Source: the human T2T-CHM13v2.0 reference genome, Homo sapiens. From it: DNA of 64,000 nucleotides. Made by a program: the position numbers and the translations under genes. Positions 52,641 to 64,000 of the stretch are shown here, one piece after another. Under the pieces are notes generated by a model, which did no database searches, had not been told where the DNA came from, and saw only the letters and a list, made by a program, of their open reading frames with translations. Location of the stretch: assembly GCF_009914755.1 (NCBI RefSeq), contig NC_060926.1; one strand, 5' to 3'. Each line of letters opens with the position of its first letter. The first letter of the stretch is position 1.

Positions 52641-55600
52641 CAGCCACAGGAAACTCACACACTGGGTATCCAGGAATGCAAGGCCTGGCCGCTCCTGAAC
52701 TGGGCATCTCAGAGCTGTGTTTGCAATAGGACACTGCAGCAGGTGATGTTTCCTTCTGGATATGCCCTGAGCTCAGGGCTCCTCTTCTGCAGTGCAGCCC
52801 ACTGGGTGCACAGCATCTGTCTGGGCTCTCACAAACCCCCATGGGATGTGGGGGTCAATGGGACCGTTGCAGGCACCATACTCGTGTTGCTTTGTTTCTG
52901 ACCCAGTAGGAACAGTGAAGGCTCAGCTGTCAGTTTCCAAGTAGGATCGGATCTGATGATGCCTCCTTTTCACAGGAGTTAGTTACTTCTCCTTTTCTGC
53001 TTTCAACATCCCCTGCCTTGACTTCTCTCCTTTGTATGGCATTTGTTTGTCTTAGACCGTGACGTCCTGAGAGAAAACTAGGCCCCATTTGTGGTTAGGT
53101 TGGTTTCCAATCTCAGGGGCAGAGAGCTGCTTTACATAATTGATGAAAACTTTGTTTCTGTTTCCTAACTCTCGATTCAGTGCTTTTTTCACATACTCCC
53201 AAGCTTACATGTCCTTGCTACCTTCAGAAACAAAACATGGTATTAAAAGTTGCTGCTGGATATTGGGCAGCTGATATCTGACCTCATGAAGCAGAAGGGG
53301 AGGGTGAGGAATTGCCACTTGCAATAGGGATCCCCTGAGCTTCCCTGATACTAACATGGTGGGGGGGGGGGCTTGATAAAAAACAAAGGGCAGGCTCAAG
53401 AGCTCAGGGCTGCTGCTGAGAGTCTAATGGCTTCTCAGCCCCTGGTAACCTTACCCTCCAGGCCCTACTCCCACCTCCTCTCCTGCCTCCCACCCGGTCA
53501 GTGCTCCACCAAACTTCACTGCCTTACTGGAGTGCTCCTCCCTACCCTCTCCTTCGGCCCAGTCTCCTTCATCCCGGGAGACCCAGCTCACATCTCACCT
53601 GCCCTGGGGATGTGGGGCCTTCTCCCTCTCCAGAATTTCTCTTCCCTCACACTGCTCCTCAGAGCACTTGGTGTCCACTTCATCACACCCCTGCCCTGGG
53701 CCGGCAGGATCCGGGGGCTACAGGCAGGTTCTATGGGTCAGGGATGGGTCTTGCTCCTCTTTGCCACCTAGGTGTTTGGAGCTTCCCCTGCACAGAGCAG
53801 TGCTCCGCAAATGCTTGTGGATTTCAGCTCAGTCAGTGTAATTGCTCAGTTGTGTACCAGAGAAATGGTCTTGTTGGAAAGAGCCTGCAGAATGCCAACT
53901 GCAGCCTCAGCGAAGGTGATAGAAAATATCACTAAGCAACGATGGCTTATCACTCTTTGTTCAATTATAGCTAAGTTCAGCCCAAACATAAGGTCAATAT
54001 CTGAATAAACTATGCAGTAAGTGGGAATTGTTTCATTTATTTTATGGCATAGTTATTTTAGAATATACAAAATGGTCGAGGAGACATGAATCCTTAAGAG
54101 TGTATGAAAAAGACAAGTGTTTATAAAGCCATACCAGCATCCAATCAATGTCAGAAGCTTTAAGAGCTGAGAAATGTCCAAACATAAAGTGTACTTGAGA
54201 AGTGATTTCCATTGGATTCCATTGCTCTCAAACAGACCCTGGCTCTGCAGCCTTACTTTTGAGGATGACTTCTCCAACAGATCTGTCTGCCTGTCTGGGG
54301 ACAGATGATTGATGAGGTCAGCAAGCTGAACGATGTCACCTCTCCAGCCCCAAGCCTTTTTCAGGTACCAGAAATGGGAATTTTTATATTATCTCATTTA
54401 ACATGTCTTGGCGAGCAGGACCCCAGGTTTTTAAGTCTTTGGGTTCTCCCATAGGTTTAGCACTGAGTTGTTGATCAATAAACATTTTTTGAATTTAATA
54501 AGAAAAGAAAAGCTTGGTGGGAAAGAGCTCTAAAGTTGAACTTTCTCCACCCTGACCTTCAAACCAGTCAAAGAGCCCCACCAGGGTTTGGGATCAGTAG
54601 CTCTGCCACTGCCAGCCAATGTTTCAAATTTGCATTGTCATATGTACAGCAGATGCCTCTAAGCAGTCAGCATCCAGAATATCAACAATTACTTGCAATA
54701 TTTTGGTGAGATAGCCGACTTCCCCAGAAATGTGCCTACTGTATACACACCATCCCCAGTGTTGACATTTGGAAAATGGGAGAATCTCATGATCTCCTTG
54801 AACCTGGGACAAATGTGTTTGGTCCCTTCCTCACTGAGGCTGAACAAAGTCCATTCCAACCCTGCAATACAGAAATGTGGCCCAAGTTGCTGAGTGAGTG
54901 GGGAGGAAGTAGTCGCTGCATAGGCCGCTGGCAACTACTCATTCAGAGGCCTTTGTTCGTTTGATTTTGCTTAGACAAACCTGACCCCATAGGCACACTC
55001 AATTCATCAGCTCATGTGTCCCATGTGCCAGCAACAGAATAGTGTGCCTAAGATGTGTTCTCTAAGTGACTGAACTTTCCTGCTTTTCAGGCAGTCTAGT
55101 GATGGGTCAAGAGAGCCTAAGAGCTATTTGAATTGAGGAGGATTTTGATTACACTAGAATAATCAGACTTCAAGAAATTTACCATTAACACCAACTATGT
55201 GCAGCTCTCACCATTAGTGTCTGTCTTCCTACACAAGTTTATTGTTAAATTATATTTGTCTTTTTTTTTTTCCTGGAAAGGCAAGTTAGATGTCTAGGGG
55301 ATTTTATGTCTGATAAATGCCTCTAGTTGGAGATGTATTACAAAGAAATTTAGACTCCCCAGGACTGAGTGGAGTAATTAGTGTATTTCTAGAATGGCTT
55401 CACCATTTGCTGGAAGACAGAATATGCTTCATGGCCATCTCCTACCAATTTTTGGCTCCTTCTTTCTCCTCCCCAATGCCCCACCCCTACTCTTTCCAAC
55501 ATCAGCTATTTTTATGTTTTCCCCAAATCTGAAGCTTCTTGATATATGTAGTTTTGAAGAGAGACGCACAACACTGTTTTCTTCTAGATAGCTGAGTTCT

Positions 55601-55794
55601 GTGGTTCTAAGATGAATAGCTAGTTCTAGCTTTAATGTGGAATTGAGGACATGGTGTTTTGGGTAGGTGAGAGACAGAAAATCATGATATGTTAGAACTA
55701 GAAAGCACCATGTTTCCTAGATGAGGGAAAGGGGAGAGGATGCAGGTAGTGGTGGTGAGGAACTCAGTCAGGAGACAGTTACCAGTGGATGTGA

Positions 55795-56112
<318 letters not shown>

Positions 56113-56799
56113 TAGTGTCTGTTCTTCAGGTTAGCAAGAGCAGGGTGGATCTAGGGCTCTGAGCAGGACTGGCTGATCAAATGTCTTATTCACACTGGGA
56201 AGCTGTTCCCCCGCATGAGAGCAAGAGATAAGCCCACATCCTGTGTGGCCTCTGGATGCCCTTTGAAGCTGTATCTGGGTTCCAGCTTAGGGAGCTAGAG
56301 TCACTGGGAGGGCAGAGCAGGCACAGGAGAGTCAGAGTTGCCAGTCTTGCTTTGGTTCCACAGGTTTAAGGGACAGAATTTGCTTCAGTGGCTTTGTCTC
56401 CACCTGGTTTCATTCCCACATTCACACCCACAGGGGTGACACTCGGAATGTGTGGAAGGAGGAGCCAGGGTGTTGGGACAGGGCAGGCTGGGGGCAAGGC
56501 CAGTTTTCAACCCCATGGACCTGCGAGGGGGTGGCATGCATTCAGCCCCTGCCTGTGTCTCTGGTCTGGAAGGAATTGTTGGCATTAAAGGACGTGCCAA
56601 GGGCTAGGCACACTCAGAGAGCAGGGTGCAAGTGGGAGGCGAGGAAGGAGGGGATGCTGTGCAGGGTACTGGGGGCATGTGCAGCCGCTCACCTGACCTG
56701 CTGGACAGGCCATGGCTCAGGCACCGGCCTGCGACCAGCACAGGTGGATCAGATTGGTCTCCCAGTCAGGAGTTGGGAAGTTGAGGGCCAGGAGTTACT

Positions 56800-57096
56800 G
56801 GATTACCCAGAATACTCAGACTTAAAAAGCAAGCGGAGAAACTTGCTGTGTGTGCTTAGATGTGGACATGGAAAGGCCTTGCTGGAAAAAAAAAGAGCAG
56901 AATGTAAAGTATACGTTGCAGGAGATGAGTAGACCCAGACGTGGGGTTGTACTGTGCCTGAGATGCCATGGGACACCCTGTTCTGGAGGACCCCGAATAG
57001 CCACACCCAGATTCCTGACTCAGGGAAGCTGTGAGATAAGAAGTATTGTTGTTCAAGCTTCTAAGATTGGGAATAATTTGTTTTACACAGTAGATA
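56800..57096 (+). mobile_element. Old MLT1 LTR 3' part
   Basis: cccagattcctgactc...ctgtgagataag...gtt..aagc..ctaag.tt.gg..taatttgtt. Confidence 0.5.
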
Positions 57097-57941
57097 TGAA
57101 ATGTAAAACATGTCACCTGAAAGGACATGGACTGTTTGGGGACTCCCCTAAAATCCATCCTTTAGATCAGGAGCCTGCCCAGGATTTGCTCTCACCCTCT
57201 GGGACCTGGTGACTCTCGTCCAAGATGCTCCTTCTCACCTGGCTTTAATTCTGGGGCCAGCCTGACCCCTGCCAAGGCCGAATATTAGGTCTTTCTGCTA
57301 CCAGAAAGTTCCTGAGCACGACTGAGCTGTCCTCTCACTGGAGAAGTCATCCCCAGCTGGCAGTCAACAGAGTGGATTTACAACTGTGCCCATACCCTCT
57401 TGGCAGTCACCAAAACACGAACTTGGTTGTCATTGTTTGGTCCTCAGAAGCGTCATCAATTTGGAGTATATGGGGAAAACATCCAATTTCTGGACCTCAG
57501 CAGCTGGTAGTTATGCCTCATGAAGCCAGGTCCAGGAACTTAGCCAGTCTCCCTCTAGGACATTCTATGTCATCTCCCTATACCATCATCACAGTGAAAA
57601 GACGGACAAGGGGCAGGTCTGTCCCCTAGGGAGTCAGTCCTCAGGAAGTATTTGTTGAATGAATAAAGATTTTCCCTTACATGACTGATAGTACACTATA
57701 TTTATAGTCGTATGTCTCACTTCTCTATTTAGCACTGTCCTTGAGTGTCTCTGGGCCAGTGAGCCATCTTTGTAGGGCTGCATCACACACCAGCTTATGG
57801 TGGCCACTCGTGGTCATGCCATCCTCAGCCTTGTCTGCACTCTGCCCTGCCCAGCATGGCCTGTGGCACGTATTTGCTTTGTAAAACTTCTTTACTGCAC
57901 CTATATATGGAGGGCATTTTCTCTGTTAATAATAATGGTGA

Positions 57942-58160
<219 letters not shown>

Positions 58161-58254
58161 TGATGCCCAAAAGTGGACTCCTTGGGTTAAAAGGCAGTGA
58201 GAAAGAGAACAGCAGCCCCTGACATGCAGGAGCTGGGCCCTGGTATTCTGCTGA

Positions 58255-58705
58255 ATGTAAACTATGTCATGGAACATAACATGTCAGGCAAGTCCACCCC
58301 GACCATGAGGGATCGAGACAGGACCAAGCCCCTCTGGACTCACATCTGAGCACAAATGCACCATCCCCGCCACAGAAGCCACGATGCCCTGTGCTGGCTG
58401 CTTGAGCATGGCGGCTGCCTTGCTGGGCAGCTCTTGCCTGGCTTCCTTCCTCCTGCTTGTAAAGAAAGACCCCCAACCCTAGAGCTAGCCCCACTTCCTG
58501 ACAGCATCCATCCAAGCAGAGCCCGGGTTCCTCAAACCCCCTTGCAGGTCACCCAAGCCCTAATCCTATCATCGTTTCTTTCTAACAACCTTACTGAGTG
58601 GGACACACAAGGCTCCCCAGGGTATGCGTTCTTCCTTGCTGCAATGAGGAACAAGCCCAGTTTATTAGCCTACAGTGTGCTCTGGTGGTCTCTGACTGAG
58701 GGGTA
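58255..58705 (+). mobile_element. LTR40-like ERVL LTR
   Basis: 3' end aagcccagttt...ctacagtgtg.tctggtggtctctgactgaggg; the family call is from memory. Confidence 0.45.
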
Positions 58706-59507
58706 GGGGAGAACATGGTTAAGACACATTAAACCAAACTCTTTTTCCAAAAGGTTGTACCAATTTACATTCCCACCTGCAGGTGAATCTGCATTGTCTT
58801 CCTTCCAGAATTGTTGAGAAGATCAAATTAAATGAAATGATGTGGTGTTGACCAAACAAAGGCCTTTCTCCATGGGGAAGTTGCTCTTCCTCAACAGAGA
58901 GCACCTTCCCAGGGATCTTACCCCTGGAGGGGAGTTAGCCCTAAAACCAAGGTTGGTGTTCAAATAAGATGGCAAATTTCACATCTCAAATGCCATCACT
59001 CCAAATTCACTCATTCATTCTATGAATATTCAGTGTCTATGATATGCCTTGCAGATAGATCAGTGAATAGATCAATGAAAGCTCTGCCCTTTTTAACTCA
59101 AAGTTTTCACTTATAGCAAGAAGAGATGGACAATAAATCTAAAATATGCATAAATAATGTTGACATATTATTTGTTGCTGACCAATGCCATAAAGAAAAC
59201 TAGAAAGTGAGGGAGAGGAAGGCTTCTGGCATGGGCAGACAGATTGCTCTTGGCCAGTGACCAGGGCTGCATGTCAGAGGGAGGCCATGTGGAAATGGGG
59301 GCTGTTTGGGGAGTGAGGGAGGAAAGCCCATTGACTCACCTCCACCTTCAGACTATATTGTGTTCTTTGTCAGCTTAGAAAATACTGCATATTTAATCAA
59401 GTTACCAAAATAATTTGAAAATGAAATTTGACAAATGGATTCTACTATTCATCTGTGAGAGAAAATGTCCAGGAACAGCTTTAAATTTTAAGAGCTGTAG
59501 CAATTAA

Positions 59508-59870
<363 letters not shown>

Positions 59871-60009
59871 TTAGGTCTGAAAAAAAGCCCATGTATATTG
59901 GGAATTATGGGATGTTTTGAATGGGTGGGAAAAGTGAATAGATTGGTGTTTAGAGAACTGATTACAAAGGTGGAAAAAAATAATTTGGCAGCTCTGTTTT
60001 TCACCTTAA

Positions 60010-60328
<319 letters not shown>

Positions 60329-60367
60329 ACAGATTTCACAAGGAATTTTTAAAAGCTAAACATTTAG

Positions 60368-60658
60368 GGCCGGGTGCGGTGGCTCATGCCTGTAATCCCA
60401 ACACTTTGGGAGGCCAAGGCGGGCAGATCACAAGGTCAGGAAATCGAGACCATCCTGGCCAACATGGTGAAACCCCATCTCTACTAAAAATACAAAAAAT
60501 TAGCTGGGCGGCGTGTGCCTGTAATCCCAGGTAATTGGGAGGCTGAGGCAGGAAAATGGCGTGAACCCAGGAGGCAGAGCTTGCAGTGAGCCGAGATCGT
60601 GCCTCTGCGCTCCAGCCTGAGCAACAGAGTGAGACTCCATCTCAAAAAAAAAAAAAAA
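60368..60658 (+). mobile_element. Alu
   Basis: Sense dimer. Confidence 0.95.
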
Positions 60659-60799
60659 GCTAAATATTAAAAAAATTATAGAGGTATATCTGAAAATATG
60701 GAATATTACATACCCTTGGGGTAGAAAATGCCTATCCACATATCTAGCATCTGTCTCTCTTATGACTATATTTGGAAGTAATACATGTGATCAAAATAA

Positions 60800-61123
<324 letters not shown>

Positions 61124-61146
61124 AGGAAGAATTTTTTAAAGGTTAA

Positions 61147-61182
61147 AATATATGTATGTGTATATATGTATATATGTATATG
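61147..61182. repeat. (TA/TG)n microsatellite
   Basis: atatatgtatgtgtatatatgtatatatgtatatg. Confidence 0.85.
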
Positions 61183-62004
61183 TCAACTAAAATTGGCTTA
61201 CAATTCTAACTCTCTTTAATAATTATAGAACACTTAACTAGGGTCCCTAGATGAATTATCAGGCATTGTCAATACTATTTGCCTTGAAAAGGGTCCAATA
61301 TATTGCTCCCTTTGGGAAATGCTAGTGCACACCACAGATGGTGCAGGAAACCACTGGCAGAGTGGCCACTCTCTCTCCCACCCCGTCATTGACATGACAA
61401 ACAGCATCCCCTCGTTTTACACTAGGCCAGATCATGAAGAAACTAAGCTATGCTTCATTTTGTGCAAATCCATTGCATCCAGATTTGTAAGCCATCATGT
61501 ATGAGGTAATGATTTGTTTTTACCAAACTATACAATAACATTTTTGGTTCCACATGTAAGAGCCAGGAACAGCCAGAGAGTGTTGGTTAGCTGATCCAGC
61601 TAACCAACTGTAAGGCACAGTCCCCTGCTCTGGTTCTGACAAGTACTGATGGCCACATCTGGGACCTGAGGCAGCAAAGACCCTTCTCGGTGGCCACTCA
61701 GCCAGACTTCACACAGGCCCGGGGTGCTGCTCATGGCCATTCAGATATACAGCTGCAAGGCCTGGAGGCCACACTTCAAAAACGGCAACAGGCAATTCTC
61801 ATTCTTCTCCTCTGCCTCTTCCCACTATTTCTCTGTTTTCAATTCCTCTTTCTTGTTTTGCACACAAAGTTCCCTGAGATGTGCTTAACTCAGCTGGCTT
61901 AGCCACAGCCCAGCATAGGGCACTCAGCTATGCCCTGTTCTCAAAGCAGACCCATCACAGGCTGCTGGGCTTCCTAGAGCCAGCATCCTTATGCAGGTGT
62001 CACT

Positions 62005-62510
<506 letters not shown>

Positions 62511-63051
62511 GTGCTGCTGTCCCCAGCACTGAGGACAGTGGTTGCCAAGTTATCCTCCCCTACAGCTTTGTCCATTGACATGTCTGCAGAGCACAATGAC
62601 AGTGACTGTTCCCCAGACCTTACCATCGGGGCTATTACCAAACTTTTCAGTCCTTGCTTATAAGACTTTTTTATTTTTTTGCTTGAATTTGCAAGTTTTT
62701 AATTATCAGTGAGGTTGAGTATGTCTCATATGCTTGTGACCAAGTGTATTCTTTTTTTCTGAAGTAACATTCATATCCTTCATCATTTTTCCACTTTTTT
62801 TTATCTCATTGATTGAAAAGTTTCTTTGATAAGGTCCTTTGCATATTGAGAACAAAGGTCACCATTGTTTCTATGGGTGAAGAGGCCTCAAGCTTAGTGG
62901 GGTGGGCACTTAAGAAGTGTGAACATTTATGCGCTTTGACCCACTTGCAATAATTTATTCTCCAAAAACAACTGAAAGTTCAACAGAAGGCAAGAGCTGT
63001 GTGTCCAGTGGTATTCATTTAAAAAGAAAAAAAAAAAAAGCAAAGGAAACA

Positions 63052-63170
63052 GGCTGGGTGGGGTGGCTTATGCATTTGGCAGGCTGAGGCAGGAGGATGG
63101 CTTGAGCCCAGCAGTTTGAGACTAGGCTGGGAAGCACGGTGAGACCTCGTCTCTACAAAAAATTTAAAAA
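63052..63170 (+). mobile_element. Alu monomer (FLAM)
   Basis: Left-arm monomer. Confidence 0.75.
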
Positions 63171-64000
63171 CTTTTAAAAAACAGGAAACAACCAACCCCT
63201 ACAGTTGAGAATTATTTTGGGATGATATGCACCATGGAAAATGCTTCCGATACAATATTGAGTGAAATAAGCCAAATGCAAACTCGCTACATGAGAATAA
63301 CAGCCACAGAGAAATATGCAAATTTCCTCATGCAAATAGCCTCTTCCCGGAAAAGAATATGGAAAAATAGAAACAGCGATGTGTAACAGGTGGAGTTGCA
63401 GGAGACCCTTTTACCAATAAACTTAATCAGGAGATAATGTGCCCAGAGGTGGAGAGGGATGGAAGCAAGTGGGCAGAGGTGCACGTGTCCTCTGAGAGAA
63501 GGTATTCACTGGACATTACCCCATGTACTGGAAAGGAGCCCTCCTTCCTATCCGGGTGCCCCAGCATCAGTCACAGGGCACAACTATGTCATGTTTGTCG
63601 TGGCTGTCTCTGATTTTTTTCTGTTTTTCTTAACATTTTTCTTTGGATGTCATCTGATCCTTCTTTTTACTTTTCACATCACAAATACCAGTACAATTAA
63701 TAAAATAAAAATATTTTCATCAGAGTACTCTGTAATTATTACATCACCCCCAGAAGTGCACACGCCAGGGTCTGGGGAATGCAAGAGACTAAAGGAACTA
63801 CATGTTGGCTTGACACTTTTGTTCTGCTGAATGAGCTCAGTTTAGATGGTGCTCAAGCCAACAGAGGAGCTTCCTGGACACAGCCTGTTTGCGGCTTTGC
63901 CCTGAGCCCCCTGCCAGGTCAGCAAGACTGCAAATGCCTGGAGCCACACTGAGCAGATGCTGGGCCTCCGGCTCGGCAGGGCTGTCAGCAATGGACACTG

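Overview
Primate genomic DNA, almost certainly human; the gene order matches my recollection of chr2q21.1. It holds a tRNA-Glu(TTC) gene (13052-13123, -) and three complete spliced genes that I reconstructed by hand from GT-AG boundaries: CCDC115 (-, 5 exons, 180 aa), IMP4 (+, 9 exons, 291 aa) and PTPN18 (+, 15 exons, 460 aa). CCDC115 and IMP4 are head-to-head on a shared promoter. The rest is mostly Alu, L1, LTR and DNA-transposon relics, whose boundaries are approximate and whose subfamily names are from memory. Most ORF-track entries are Alu or GC-rich artefacts. The best unexplained signals are: (i) a decayed, apparently unprocessed copy of the YME1L1 terminal exon and 3'UTR at about 5560-6235 (-), missed by the ORF track; (ii) an in-frame-skippable PTPN18 exon 2-5 cassette bracketed by opposite-orientation Alus; (iii) twin degenerate GACAGA arrays on either side of PTPN18, one in the 3'UTR and rich in DRACH motifs; (iv) an intragenic CpG island with CTCF/KLF/ETS motifs next to the PTPN18 tail exons. 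I see no convincing evidence of a wholly new multi-gene system.
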